A stretch of 64,000 nucleotides of DNA from Mobula hypostoma (GCF_963921235.1 NC_086101.1:6884001-6948000), one strand, 5' to 3'; positions 25,170 through 38,970 are shown, numbered from the stretch's first letter. Translations and numbers: made by a program. The notes: generated by a model not told the origin, from the letters alone.

Positions 25170-25900
25170 GACGGTAGTGGGTCAAAGTGTTTTAAAAACT
25201 TGCAGAAGGAACCTAAGAAGGACAGTCAGAAGGAAAAGATGAATTATGAGAGGAAGCCATTGCGAAACATCAAAGAAGATACTAAAAGCTTTTTTAAAGT
25301 GTGTAAAGGGTAAAAGAAAGTCGAGAGTAGATATAGGACCAATACGAAATGACACTGGAGATATTGTAATGAGAAATGCAGAGATGGCAGAGGAACTGAA
25401 TGCATATATTGCAACAGTCTTCACAGTGGAAGACATCTGCAGTATACCGAACATTCAAGAGTGGCAAGGAAGTGAAGTTTGTGCAGTGAAAATTACGACT
25501 GAGAAGTTGATCAGAAAGCTAAATGGTCTGTGGGTGAATAAATCTCCTGGACCTGATGAAATGCACCCTCGGATTCTGAAGGAAGCAGCTGGAGAGATTG
25601 CAGAGGCATTAACAATGATCTTTCAAGAATCGATAGGTTCTGCCGTTGTACCCGATGACTGCAAAGTTGGAAATGTTACGACGCTATTAAAGAAGGGTGG
25701 GAGGCGGCAGAAAGGAAACTAGACCTGTTAGCCTGACATCAGTGGTTGGGAAGTTGTTGGAATCGATTGTTAGGGATGAGATTATGGAGTACCTGCAGGC
25801 ACATGGCGAAGTTGGCCAAAACCAGCAACATTTCCTGAAAGGAAAATCCTGTCTGAGAAACCTACTGCAATTCTTTGAAGAAATTTCGGGCAGACTACTA
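25170..25900 (+). mobile_element. Degenerate CR1 ORF2 fragment
   Basis: ORF 25246-25722 (KSPGPDEMHPRILKE) and ORF 25697-26011 (RPVSLTSVVGK...KGKSCL). Confidence 0.8.
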
Positions 25901-26765
25901 TTTAGATGTGGAGAGAATTCAAAATACCTTCTCCCATCGACCTGCACCAGGACCATAGCCCTTCATACGCCTGCCATCCATGTACTTAACCAAACTTCTC
26001 TTAAACCTTGAAATCGAGCTTGCATGCACCACTTGCGCTGGCAGCTCGTTCCACACTCTCACAATCTGAGTGAAGAAGTGACCCCTCATGTTCCCCTTAA
26101 ACTTTTCACCTTTCACCCTTACCAGTGACCTTGTTGTAATCCCACCCAACCAAAGTGGAAAAAACCTGCTTGCATTTACCCTATCTATACCACTCAGGCT
26201 TCTGTATACCTCTATCAAATTTCCCCTCAATCTTCTACATTCCTTTTTTTTTTAATTTTATTTTTATTTGGATAAGGAATTCACAATTATCATGTACTTT
26301 TTTCACACATATAACCTTTTCCATTTTTTATATGTATAAAACTACAATTATTTATACATTCTTAAGTACACATTGAGATGATATAAAAGGAAAATAAACA
26401 TTTAAATAGATAATTATGTACTGTGGTAAATCTAACCTATTAGGCTAAGTAATGAAATTAGTTGTTAAGAAAAATGGTAATAATAGTTTCCATACAACCC
26501 TTCTGGACCATTTCCACTTGTCCAAAATGTTGCATACAAGCCTTAATTTGTTCGTGCTTGTTCCTGCCCGCAGACATAATTATCCAATCCCTATGTACTT
26601 ATTTACTTAATTTTTTCATTTTTTTATCCCTTTCCCAAATCTTTCCCTTTACTTGTGTTAATTCTCTATTTTCCAAAAAAAAAACAACAAACATTTAGAC
26701 TAGGGGTGCTTACGTTAGCAATATTAATGTGTTGATGAGAAGAGCAATATAAATCATTAGGAGAG

Positions 26766-29700
26766 TCATCTAAAGTCTGCTCGCATTGGGGTTATATATT
26801 CAATCCATTTATTCCAGATTTGATAAAATGTTTCTTTTTGAGTTCTCAGGGAGTAAGTCAACATTTCCATTTTAAATATTTCCAAGATAATTTCGTACCA
26901 ATCTTCTAATGTAGGTGGTATTGGATTTAGCCATTTTCTAGTGATTGATTTCTTACTTGCCGCTAAGAGGGCCTGCAGCAATTTTATATCTTCCTTCTGT
27001 TCAAGGAACAATACATGCCCCAAATAGAGCGTCTCAAAGTTCAGAGGTATCTGGGACCTAAGTACCTTAACTAATGTTCTATGAATACCATCCCAAAATA
27101 GACTTAATTTAGGGCAATCCCAGAAAATATGAAAATGATTTGCCTCCTTGGAGCCGCACCTTCTCCAACACATCACATTTGTCTCTTTATATTTTTCCTG
27201 ATATGGGGTCTTGAAGTATCTTATAATGTTTTTCCAACAATGTTCTCTCCAAGTCAAAGAATTAGTCGAGGACCATTGAAAGCTGCAGATTTTCCCCCAA
27301 GCCTCCTCTGAAAGTACCAACCCCGCTTCTTTCTCCCACTTCTCTTCAATATACAGTGTATTTACATTTTTAGCATGGGAGAGTGCATTATATAGGCGAG
27401 AAACTGATTTACTAGGTATTGAACTGCAAGCCGAATTCAGAATCTTGAAAAATTCTAATTCTACTGTTGATGGGTCTGTATATCTACAACTCTGGTTAAC
27501 ATAGTTTCGTATTTGAAGGAACCTAAAAAAGTCATTATGTTCTAGGCCATGTTTGTCCTGCAGGATTTGGAAACTTTGTAATACTCTTTTATCTATAAAT
27601 GAGAGGTAGGTTGTAAGACCTTTCTTTATCCATAGCTCAAATCTTTTATCTCCTCTGTTGGGAAGGAATTCGGTATCATATGCACACCATCTAAAGAGTT
27701 TTAGCATGTTATTAATTCCACATGAATTAACCACCTTCTGCCATACTTTTAATGTAAGATTTATCCAAGCATTATAAAATTTTTCCAACTGGGCCATCAA
27801 TCCTTTGTCAGCTATTGAGGCCTGTAAAGGAAAACTGTCAACTAATCCAAATTCTATTTCCTTCCATCTAGCCTTATATTCCCTATTACACCAATATAAC
27901 AGAGGGGTTATCTATGAGGCATAAAAATAATTTCTCAGGCAAGGAAGAACCATACCTCCTCTTTCCTTCCCTAACTGTAAAGTGTTATATCGAATTCTAG
28001 GTTTCTTTCCTTGCCAAATGAAGCGGGAAATCCATTTGTCCCATTCCCTGAATTGATTATCATCCACCTCCACTGGTAAAGTACGGAAAAGATATAATAA
28101 CCGAGGAAGAATGTTCATTTTTATAGTATTTATCCTTGAATTTAAACTTAAAAAGGGGATTAGATTCCATCTATGCATATCTGCTTTTATCTCTGAGATT
28201 AATGGCCCATAATTTACCTGTGACAGTGTTGAAAGATCCTTTGGCAGGGTTATTCCTAAATATTTTAATGATTTAGCTTCCCACTTAAGATCGCATGTAT
28301 CCTGCAATTTTTTGGATGGTCTATAATTTAGGGACATAACCTGCATTTTCTTTACATTTATTTTATAACCTGATATTTTCCCTAAGTCATCCAACAGTGT
28401 AAACAATCCTATAAATGATTTTTCTGGTTCACTCAGATAGACCAAAACATCATCTGCGAATAACGCCACTTTCTGTTCAATCCCTGCCACCTTGATACCT
28501 TTTACCATTTCGCTCTGTCTTATTAGTTGGGCAAGTGGTTCAATATATAGCGCAAAGAGGAGAAATTGGGCATCCCTGTCTAGTGCCTCTCTCTAAAATG
28601 AAGGAGTCAGAGAGGTCCCTATTTATCTCAATTCGGGCTGTAGGGCTGTCATATAGAGTCTGAATTACTTTAATAAATCTTTCTTGAAAGCCGAATCGTC
28701 CTAACACTCTGTATAGGAATGCCCAACTAACCGAATCAAAAGCTTTCTCAGCGTCCAATCCTACTACCATTATCTCTGTCTCGTTCTTATTAACCTGTTC
28801 TAATATGTGCAGAGTTCTCCTTATGTTGTCCTGTGTTTGTCTTTGTCGAATAAATCCAGTCTGGTCTAAATGGATTAGGCCAGGTAAAAGCTTTTCCAAT
28901 CTGCGCGCTAATATAGATGTAAATAGTTTGTAATCTAAATTAAGAACACTAATTGGCCGAAAATTGCCACATTCTAGTTTATCTTTACCCTCTTTAGGAA
29001 TAACTGAAATAATCGCTTCTCTCCAGGAAGGTGGAGTTTCTCCTCTCTGCGAGATCCAATTAAAGGTGTTAAGTAGTAATGGGGCTAACTGTGTCTTCAG
29101 GGACTTGTACCACTCTGAGGTAAACCCATCAGAACCCGGGGACTTTCCAGCCTTTAACCTAGAGATGGCCACGTTCAGTTCTTTGACAGTTACTGGTTCT
29201 AATAAACTTTCATTTTGTAAATCTGTAAGTTTCGGTAGATCTAAAAAATTCAATACACTGTCTATATAGGGCTCATTGGGGGCCCGGGGTTGGGAGTACA
29301 GCTCTCGATAATATGTTTCAAAACTCTCTTGAATTTTCCCTATTGTACTCTCCACAAGCTTTGTCTTTGGATTCTTTATTTTATGAATTGTATTGTCTGC
29401 TTGTTGTTTTCGTAATTTATATGCAAATAATCTAGCTGGTTTACCTCCTACTTCATAATTCTTTTGTCTCAGGTAAAGAAAATTTCTTTGAGTTTCCAAC
29501 GTATAAATATCATCAATTTCACTTTGCAATTTCCTAATTTCCTGTTTTCGATTTGAATTACTTTTGTTGCTATCTCCAACTTGAAATTGTTTTAATTTTC
29601 CTTGAAGGTCTGCTAATTTTTGTGCATTGATTTTTTTCATGTGAGTAGTAATGGAAATAATTTTCCCTCTCAGTACAGCTTTCAATGTATCCCATAAAAT

Positions 29701-30549
29701 CACTGGTGATGTTTCTCCCGTGTCATTAAGGTCTAGATAGTCTTTGATTTCTCCCCTTAATCTCTCCATTACTTTTGGGTTATTAAGTATATGTGAGTTT
29801 AGCCTCCATAGTGTTTTCCTCATTTTCCTTTCCAGGATTAGAGACATAGAGACTGGGCTATGATCCGACTGATCAATTGTTGCAATATTACAGTTTTTTA
29901 TCCTGAGTCTATCTGTATTAAAGATAAAGAAATAGTCTATCCTTGAATAGGCTGAATGAGGGAAAGAGTAATATGTATAATCTTTACTAGTAGGGTGTAA
30001 TTCCCTCCAGACATCTATAATTCCCAACTCCTCCATCAATGAATTCACTTTCCGAGTCAGAGGTTTATTCTGAGTAACTATTCTTGAAGAATCTAATATA
30101 GGATTTAATCTAATGTTAAAATCCCCTCCACAAATTACTACCCCTCGAGAACTGACCATTAGGTCAAAAATGTGTCTATAAAATGACCATTCACTACCTG
30201 GAGGAGCATAAACATTCAGCAATGTTATTTCTGTACCTTCTATTCTTCCTGTGATTTTTACAAACCGTCCTTCTTTGTCTCTAGTCTCTGAAATATGTTC
30301 ATAATTAAGAGTACTTGATATTAAAGTAGCTACCCCTCTTTTGTGACTCAATTTAAATGATGAATAAAATACATGCTTAAAGCCCATTCTTTTTAATTTT
30401 CCATGTTCAGATTGGCTCATATGTGTTTCCTGGAGGAAAGCTATTTGTGCCCTCTCTTTTTTCAATTTAGACATAATCTTATTTCTTTTAATTGGATTCA
30501 AAACCCCATTAACATTATAGGAAATTATTGTTACCAATTCAGTTTGCAT
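26766..30549 (-). pseudogene. L1 ORF2 (APE endonuclease, RT, CCHC), disrupted by one frameshift and one stop
   Basis: SYNVNG, FLQETH, GGDFN, SRIDY, SDHSP; LDAEKAFD, GTRQGCP, LFADD; CWRRC...HIFWDC. Frameshift near 28555 and an in-frame TAG at 27912-27914. Confidence 0.9.
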
Positions 30550-30911
30550 TTTTCTCTAGTAGAAAAAAAGCACTCTCCTTTTCTAACCAAACAGTAAGCA
30601 ATCCCTTCTCAACAGTAAACCAAGACATATAACCACACCCTAGACATTTCTGAACGTATAACATTTGAAAATTTTTCCCGACTTCCCACAGTGAGGCCTG
30701 AGCACCGACCCGCCTCAGTTCAGAGGGATAACCTCTATCTTCACCCTGTGTTAGAGGGCCCTCAGCAGTTTGAATAATCATAGAGAATTTTCTCCTATTT
30801 ATGTCTCGACCATATTGCTATCATTCAAGTTATTCCGCCTAGTTTATTTTCAGTTACGAGTTTTCATTTTACTTTTAAGTCCGATTTACTCTTTTCAGTC
30901 ATTTCTCTTAA

Positions 30912-31898
30912 TTAATCTGTATTCTCTGTACATTCGCGTCTGAATATTTGCAGCTTTTCCTTGTAGTTTGACACTCTGGTTCGAGTGGAGCGTCCTCGCC
31001 CCACTAACTGCCACGACTTCTGCCGAATCCTCTCCAGTAGCGACTCCGGTTGGGTGATAACTTTAATAGGTAGTCCCCGGTCCGCCAGGTCCGACGTTGC
31101 CTCCTCCACCGTAGCGTAAGTTTTTTTCCCTTCGTCGTAAAAGACTCTCAGCCGAGCTGGATACAGGGTCTGGAATCTGATGTTGTTTTCCTTCAGGACT
31201 CTCCGTGTTTCCGTATATTCCTTCCGTCTGGCAAGAATCCCCGGTGCGTAGTCGTGGTCTAAACTGATTTTGCAGTTGTTCCACATGAAACCTTTCTTTT
31301 GCCATGCTCTTTTAAGCACCTCTTCCTTCGTTCTGTAACTGAGAAATCTGATCAGAATCGATCTGGGCTGGGCGCCTGCCGGAGGCTGTGGTGCCAACGC
31401 ACGGTGAGCCCTTTCTATCTGTAGGTCTTTTGCGGCCGGTATATCAAGGTTCTCTCTAAGCAGCTTCTCCACGAAGGGAATCATCAATCCGGGTTTACCT
31501 TCGGTTCCTTCGGGAACTCCGTAGATCCTCACATTTTCCCTTCTCGAGCGGCCGCCTTGATCTATTAGTTTCCACTGGAGTTGGTCTTGTAGCTTCAGCA
31601 TTTCTGCTATCACTTCCTCGGCGTTTTGTAGCTTCTCTTCAATTCCAACAATCCTCGCTTCGGCTTCATCCATCCGCGAGTTAGTTTTTACTATTTCTGC
31701 TTTAATATCTTCCAGCTGTTTGCTGTTATCTTGTCGGAACTCGCGAATCTCTCCGAGAATCAAAGACAGAGTCACCGATTCCCCCTCATTATCTCCGTCC
31801 TGGCTTGCCGTGGGGGAGCTAGGCCCTTCGCCTTGCTGCATCTCTTTATGTTTATCAGCCTTCGAAGCGGACTTTTTATTCTTGTTCTTAGACATCAT
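30912..31898 (-). CDS. L1 ORF1p (coiled coil plus Transposase_22-type RRM/CTD), intact
   Basis: 328 aa with RRENVRIYGVPEG, IERAHR, PRSILIRF, TKEEVL and YPARLRV. Confidence 0.9.
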   Translation of the reverse strand: MMSKNKNKKSASKADKHKEMQQGEGPSSPTASQDGDNEGESVTLSLILGEIREFRQDNSKQLEDIKAEIVKTNSRMDEAEARIVGIEEKLQNAEEVIAEMLKLQDQLQWKLIDQGGRSRRENVRIYGVPEGTEGKPGLMIPFVEKLLRENLDIPAAKDLQIERAHRALAPQPPAGAQPRSILIRFLSYRTKEEVLKRAWQKKGFMWNNCKISLDHDYAPGILARRKEYTETRRVLKENNIRFQTLYPARLRVFYDEGKKTYATVEEATSDLADRGLPIKVITQPESLLERIRQKSWQLVGRGRSTRTRVSNYKEKLQIFRRECTENTD

Positions 31899-32534
31899 CC
31901 TTGCCCCTTTTATTAATATAGTTATGCAATATTAAGTATTTGTCTAAATTCGATTTTGGGGCAGTTTACCTTTTTTGTCGAGAGACCTTTTCCTTACGCC
32001 GCCATTCCCTTGATGACCCGGAAGTCCTAATCTTCTACATTCCATGGAATAAAGTCTTTCAACCGTTCCTTATTACCCGGGGTCTCCAGTCCCAGCGATA
32101 TCCTTGTCAACTTTTTCTGTACTCATTCAACCTTATTTACATCTTTCCTGTAGGAAAAACTGCACACATTACTCCAAATTAGGCCTCGTTAAACAACTGA
32201 TACAACTTCAACATAACATCCCATCTCTTGTAATCTATATTTTGGTTTATGAAGGCCAATGCGCCTAAAGCTTTCCTTACGACCCGATCAACCTGAGACA
32301 CCACTTTCAATGAATGTTGGACCGTATTCCCAGATCTCTTTGTTCTACTGCACTCCTCACTCAGGTAGGTCCTACCAAAGTGCAACATCTTGCAATTGTC
32401 AACATTAAATTCCATCTGCCATCTTCCAGTCCAATTTCAGCTGGACCAGATCCCACAGCAAGCTCTGATAGTCTCCCTTGCTGTCCACTACACCCCCAAT
32501 CTTGGTATCATCTGCAAATTTTCTAATCCTCAGC

Positions 32535-32995
32535 GATGAGCCCATTTACACGGAGCTCAGCCACAAGAAAGCAGTGACCGTCATCAAGGACTCCAACCAT
32601 CCACACCATGCTCTCTTCTCACCACTCCCATCGAGCAGGACATACAGAACCCTTAGGTTCCCACACCTCCAGGTTCATGGACAGCTGTTACCCTACAACC
32701 ATCAGGCTCTTGAACCGGTGTGCATAACTCACTCACCACAACTCTGAACCGATCCCACAACCCACAGACTCACCTTCAACAACTCTTTACAAGTAATGTT
32801 CTCAGTATATTTTTCTTTATTTGAACAATTTGTCTTCTTTTGCACATTGATTTGTTGTCAGTCTTTGTTTATGTATAGTTTTCATAAATTCTGTTGTTTT
32901 CTTTATTGCCCTGTAAATGCCGGCATGAAAAAGAATGTCAAGGTAGTACATGGTAACAAATAGCTACTTTGACAATGAATTTTACTGAACTTTGA
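32535..32995 (+). mobile_element. Old Rex1/Babar 3' fragment
   Basis: Frame KAVTVIKDSNHPHHALFSPLPSSRTYR. A similar remnant lies at about 3190-3520. Confidence 0.65.
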
Positions 32996-33109
32996 ATATT
33001 GGTATTGAGGGCAACACAGAGCCAGCCCCAACATCCTGGCCAATGTTAATCACACAAACAACACCAAATAAAAGAGCTATTTTGGTTGTTTTCAGCTTGT
33101 TATGTATGA

Positions 33110-33310
33110 ACACACAAGATTCTGCAGATACTGGAAATCCAGAGTAAAACTCACAAAATGACGAAGGAACTCAGCAGGTCAGGCAGCATCTATGGAGACA
33201 AATAAAGTGTCTGTTTCTCAGGTCGAGACCATCCATCAGGATGCGATAATCTGAAATACTGACGAAGGGTCTCGGCCCAAAATATCGACTCTTTATTCCT
33301 CTCCATAAAT
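33110..33310. mobile_element. Inverted pair of Penelope-like terminal repeats
   Basis: A minus-orientation repeat is followed by the + strand CTGACGA AGGGTCTCGGCCC AAAATATCGACT (33259-33290). A similar, older inverted pair lies at about 34810-35035. Confidence 0.6.
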
Positions 33311-36300
33311 ACAACACAGTACAGGCACTTCGGCTAATGATGCACTGCTGACATTTTAACCTGCTCTACGATAAACATAACCCTTCCCTTCCACATAGCT
33401 CTCCACTCTTCTTTCATCCACGTGCTTGTCTGAGTATCTTAAATTCCCCGAATGTATCTGCCTCTACCACCACTCTTTCAGAGCGTTCCGTGTGCACACC
33501 AACCTCTGTGTAATAATCTACCTCTGACAACCCCCCAGACCTTCCTCTATTCTCCTTAAAATTATGCCCCCTCGTATAAGCCATTGCTGCCCTGCTCAGG
33601 GAGAACAACTGCCTTCCTTCCCCGCTTCTGGACTGCACAAGACATCAGATTCTTGGCAATATCATCTTCCCAGAGTTTCCCCCGCTAAGCTGATCGTCAA
33701 GCCACCCGACCCAGAGTGAAAGATGAGAGACAAAATGGGCCAGGCGAGGGAACCGATCATCCCTGGAGTACAACAGTAAAACACTTTGAAAAGAAACCTG
33801 TTCAGCAGCTGACTTGAAACTGGCAGTCAAAGAGTGAAGAGCAAATTTAGGTCAACAGGTTCTGAAAGAAGTCAAGTTTCAGAATGAGAAGGCAATGGGA
33901 TAGAATTACAGTCGTGTGTTACCAGACTTAACCCACACAAGAAGCTGTAATGATCAACAACTGGAATGCCAAGTTATTAGGTGAGACAGAGGACAGGAGA
34001 AAAATAGATTAGCGCCATGTCTGACGGGGTGGGGGAGACTGGTGTGTCATATATCTTCTGAAAGAGAGGACAGGTGAACAAGAAAGCAAAGCTGAGAGCA
34101 AAAGCTGTGAACAGAAACTCTGGCAGGGGAAATTACAAACAAAGGGAATGTCTCCGCAGCTGAGCAATAGAGACTGGACTCCAATTCTACTCACTGCATT
34201 TTAGGAAGGCAGAATTTCCCAGTATGGGTCAAGAATTAGAATCAGAATCAGGTTTATTGTCACTGACGTATATTGTGAAATTTATTCTTCTGTGGCAGCA
34301 GGAGAGTGCAGTAAATAATTTTACTGTACGTTACAATAAGAAAATAAATACGTGGTGCAGAATAGTGAGACTGTTGATGGTCCATTCAGAAATCTGATGG
34401 CAGAAAGAACAAAGTGTTCCGAGAACATCAAGCGTGCCTTCAGGCTCCTGTACCTTTCCCTGACGGCATCAGCGGACTTGTCCTGGATGGCGAGGATTTG
34501 AATGATGGACTCCACACTTTTGAGGCAACCTCAATGGCGGGGAGGCTAGTGCCCATGTTGGAACTGGCTGAGTTTTCAATCCATTGTAATGGTTTCCGAT
34601 CCTGTGCAATGGTACCTCCACACAGTCAGTATGTACCCAGACTGAATGCTCCCTACAGTACATCTGTGGAAGTTTACTTGAGTGAGGGATTCTGATTGTG
34701 CAAAAAGATTGGGGAGGATGTAAGAGGGGTGTCCTCGAAGTGAAGTAAGATCAAGTGAAGTCCTGCCGAATTTATTGTGGTGTGTACAAGGCACCGAGAC
34801 AGTCTGGAGACACGACAGGCTGCAGATGCTGAAGTCCAGAGCAACACACGGAATGCTGGAGGAAAGGCAGCCGGCCAGGCAGTGTCTGTGGAGGGAAACA
34901 GACAGTCCAGTTCTGCTCAGAGGAAGGGTCTCGAGGGGAAATGATGACTGTCCATCTCCCTCCATAGATGCTGCCTGACCCCTAAACCCGGTGAGGAATC
35001 AGACACCCCACCATCTCCAGCAGCTCATGTGTTGCAATAAAAAACCTTCAGCAGCATCACAGGCTCAGACAATGGCAGAAAACTGAAATTCTACATCAAG
35101 TATACAAAGCAGTGAAGAAAGTGCACTAGAAAGAATGAGGGGGAGTGAACAAATGAGTTTCACATCATGAGCGGTTTAACAGAGGATAGTTTCCAGGAGA
35201 AGACCAGCCAGTATACAGTTTAATGGGGGGATGGGGAATGATGGAAGTGAAAGAAATTGATTCTGTGCTAAATTGTTGGCCAGACAGAAGTTGATTCAAC
35301 AGGAACTCAGACAAGGGGCTCTGCTCAGGTAACCCGAGGAGTTGTGCAGGTGAGTAACCGGTAACTTCCTGATTGGGTGGGAGAGAAGGTTGGCTCTCAC
35401 CGCACTCCCAGACAATATTCTTGTCTCAGTTAGAAATGCTCATTAAGGGATCTTCTTCTGAAGCCCATCACCCCTACTGGGGCAGAGGCCACCAACAGCA
35501 GTTTGCCAGAGTCTTCTGCCCTGGGACAGTCTTTGAAGTTGTTTCCAGGTGTAGTCCAACTTTGAAGATCCTTTCTCTCCCAGAATTAAGGTACTTGGAG
35601 CTTCTGCAGGTGTTTCTGTTGCACTGGGATTTTACAAGCTGGGGTTGCTAGCCCAATTTCCAACCCACCACCTTTTGCAGCTGTGTTGGGGACCGTCCAT
35701 AGTGGGGTAAAGTGAGGTCTTGCTGTGTAAAAAATTGGATCAGGGGCTGACTGCAATTTGAGAGCACTTGGTCGACTGTTCTCGTGTTCCCATAGAAGCT
35801 ACCCGACAAATGATGGCCAAATTGGTTAGTCCTGGGCTCAGAGGTCCACGACTGTGCAACAGTGCCCGAACGTCAATGTCCTGTGATCAGTGAGCCCTGA
35901 GTTGTATACCCAGAAGTCGGCGAAATCCGGAGTTGAAACCAGACCTCAAAGTCCAAGGATTGGTAAGTCTGGTTGTGGAGGTCCAAAGGTCGAAGGCCGA
36001 AACTGTGGGGTCTGGAGATTGAAGCTCGATATCTGCGATTCTGTGAGTCCGTACAAAGGACTGTAGTCCGAAGTGTGGAGGCAGCTTTAAGTTCTAGTCT
36101 TCCAGGGCATCGGCAAAAGGGCAAACTCATGGCGGCTCAGCTTGATGGACATGGTTAATTATTCCTGTTTCAGCCGCTATATCGGACAATCACAACTGCA
36201 TCCAAGGTCTGTACAGTTAATAATGGATTTTTAATGCGACTGCACAATTTATCGCTGTGTAAAACAGACGAAAATAACGCTGGCTGCGGCCACAATATCC

Positions 36301-37196
36301 TCGCTGGGAGGACTCCTCATTGGAAGCATGGCTGTTGCTCGGGGCTACAAGTCCATTAAAATAAACGAGGCTTTCGAATGCTTTCGAATTCCAGTACCAA
36401 CTGTATAGTTGACAAACGTACAGTTTCCGGTAAATAAAATTGACAATCTCAGAGCTAGGGTGCTGTATCAAAGGGACATTAGGACCATGTGCGTCCTCTG
36501 CTTCAAAGAGTCCTGGTTAGCACAGTCCGGTCCGTACTGGACACAGCAATTCAGATTAACGGGTTCACTGTACATAGTCAAGATAGAGCTGTCAAGTCTC
36601 GCTAAACAGAGGTGGAGGTGTATGCTTTATGATCAGCTCCTCATGGTGTACTATTGTGTGGGTAACGTCCCAATCCTGCTCAGCAGAGCTGGAATATCTT
36701 GCAATCAAGTGCCGGCCAGTTTACCTGCCGCGGCGGATCTCAGCGGTCATTTTGGTCACGTTGTACATTCCACCTCAGGACAATGTCAAACGGGGTCCAG
36801 ATGTTCTGAACGATGTGATCAACATGCACGAAACAGCAGAACCTCAAGCCTTCCCCAATATCTTGGGGGAGTTTGAGCAGGCCAGATTGGAAAAGTCACT
36901 AAATAATTATCATCAACAAATTACTTGTAGTACCAGAGGGAACAACACTCTGGACCACTGCTACACGAAGATCAAGAGAGCTTACCGTGCTATTCCACAC
37001 CCAACTTCGGGAAGTCTGATCACCTGGCTGTACCTCTACTCCCTGAGTGCAGGCTGAAACTGAAGACTACAGCACCAGTAGTGAGGACCAAGAATCAGAC
37101 AAGGGAAGCACAGGAGCGCTGACACGACTGCTTTGAATCGGTGGACTGGACTGCATTCAGGGATTCATCTTCGAATCTGGATGAGTATGCCGCCAG

Positions 37197-38970
37197 TTAG
37201 AAACATAGAAAATATGTGCAGGAGTAGGCCATTCGTCCCTTCGAGCCTGCACCGCCATTCAGTATGTTCATGGCTGATCATCCAACTCAGAACCCTGTAC
37301 CTGCCTTCTCAACAGACCCCCGATCACTTTAGCCACAAGGGCCATATCTAACTCCCTCTTAAATATAGTCAATGAACTGGCCTCAACTGTTTCCTATGGC
37401 AGAGAATTCCACAGATTCACCACTCTCTGTGTGAAGAGGTTTTTCCTAATCTTGGTCCTAAAAGGCTTCCCTTTTATCCTCAAACTGTGACCCCGCGTTC
37501 TGGACTTCCCCAACATCGGGAACAATCTTCCTGCAACTTGCCTGTCCAATCCCTTTAGGATTGTATACGTTTCAATAAGATCCTCCCTCAATCTTCTAAA
37601 TTCCAATGAGTATAAGCCTAGTTCATCCAGTCTTTCATCATATGAAAGTCCTGCCATCCCAGGAATCAATCTGGTGAACCTTCTTTTTATTCCCTCTATG
37701 GCAAGAATGTCTTTCCTCAGATTAGGGGACCAAAACTGCACACAATACTCCAGGTGTGATCTCACCAAGACCTTGTACAACTGCAGTAGTACCTCCCTGC
37801 TCCTGTACTCGAATCCCCTTGCTATAAATGCCAGCATACCATTCATCTTTTTCACCGCCTGCTGTACCTGCATGCCCACTTTCAATGACTGGTGTATAAT
37901 GACACCCAGGTCTCGTTGCACCTCCCCTTTTCCTAATCGGCAACCATTCAGATAATAATCTGTTCTCCTGTTTTTGCCATCAAAGTGGATAACCTCACAT
38001 TTATCCACATTAAATTGCATCTGCCATGATTTTGCCCACTCACCCAACCTATCCAAGTCACCCTGCATCCTCTTAGCATCCTCCTCACAGCTAACATTGT
38101 CGCCCAGCTTCGTGTCATCCGCAAACTTGGAGATGCTGCATTTAATTCCCTCATCTAAATCATTAATATGTATTGTAAACAACTGGGGTCCCAGCTCTGA
38201 GCCTTGCGGTACCCCACTAGTCACTGCCTGCCATTCTGAAAAGGTCCCGTTTATTCCCACTCTTTGCTTCCTGTCTGCCAACCAATTCTCCACCCACACC
38301 AATACCTTACCCCCAATACCGTGTGCTTTAAGTTTGCACACTAATCTCCTGTGTGGGACCTTGTCAAAAGCCTTTTGAAAATCCAAATATACCACATCCA
38401 CTGGTTCTTCCCTATCCACTCTACTAGTTACATCCTCAAAAAATTCTATGAGATTCGTCAGACAGGATTTTCCTTTCACAAATTCATGCTGACTTTGTCC
38501 GATGATTTCACTGCTTTCCAAATGTGGTGTTATCACATCTTTGATAACTGACTCTAGCATTTTCCCCACCACCGATGTTGGGCTAACCGGTCTATAATTC
38601 CTCGGTTTCTCTCTCCCTCCTTTTTGTTAAAAAGCGGGGTTACATTAGCTACCCTCTAATCCTCAGGAACTAGTCCAGAATCTAAAGAATTTTGAAAAAT
38701 TCATCACTAATGCATCCACTATTTCTTGGGCTACTTGCTTAAGCACTCTGGGATGCAGACCACCTGGCCCTGGGGGTTTAACTGCCTTTAATCCCTTCAA
38801 TTTACCTAACACCACTTCCCTACTAACATATATTTCCCTCAGTTCCTCCATCTCACTGGACCCTCTGTCCCCTACTATTTCCAGAAGATTATTTATGTCC
38901 TCCTTAGTGAAGACAGAACCAAAGTAGTTATTCAACTGGTCTGCCATGTCCATGTTCCCCATAATCAATT
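37197..38970 (-). mobile_element. Young 5'-truncated CR1 LINE
   Basis: 392-aa RT ORF 37394-38572, near-identical to 5140-6900. TAGAAACATAGAAA tail at about 37198. Confidence 0.93.

Larger units (their letters stand above)
26244..32028 (-). mobile_element. Full-length L1/Tx1-clade LINE, 5785 bp
   Basis: 15-bp TSD AATCTTCTACATTCC (26229-26243 and 32029-32043). Poly(A) tail appears as T10 at 26244-26253. The 5' end reads AGGACTTCCGGGTCATCAAGGGAATGGCGG. ORF1 and ORF2 are both present. Confidence 0.95.
25920..32525 (-). mobile_element. CR1 3' fragment split by the L1 insertion (25920-26243 and 32029-32525)
   Basis: ORF 32179-32415 (MEFNVDNCKMLHFG) and ORF 25919-26230 (RGNLIEVYR...) are colinear halves either side of the L1. 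Confidence 0.8.
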
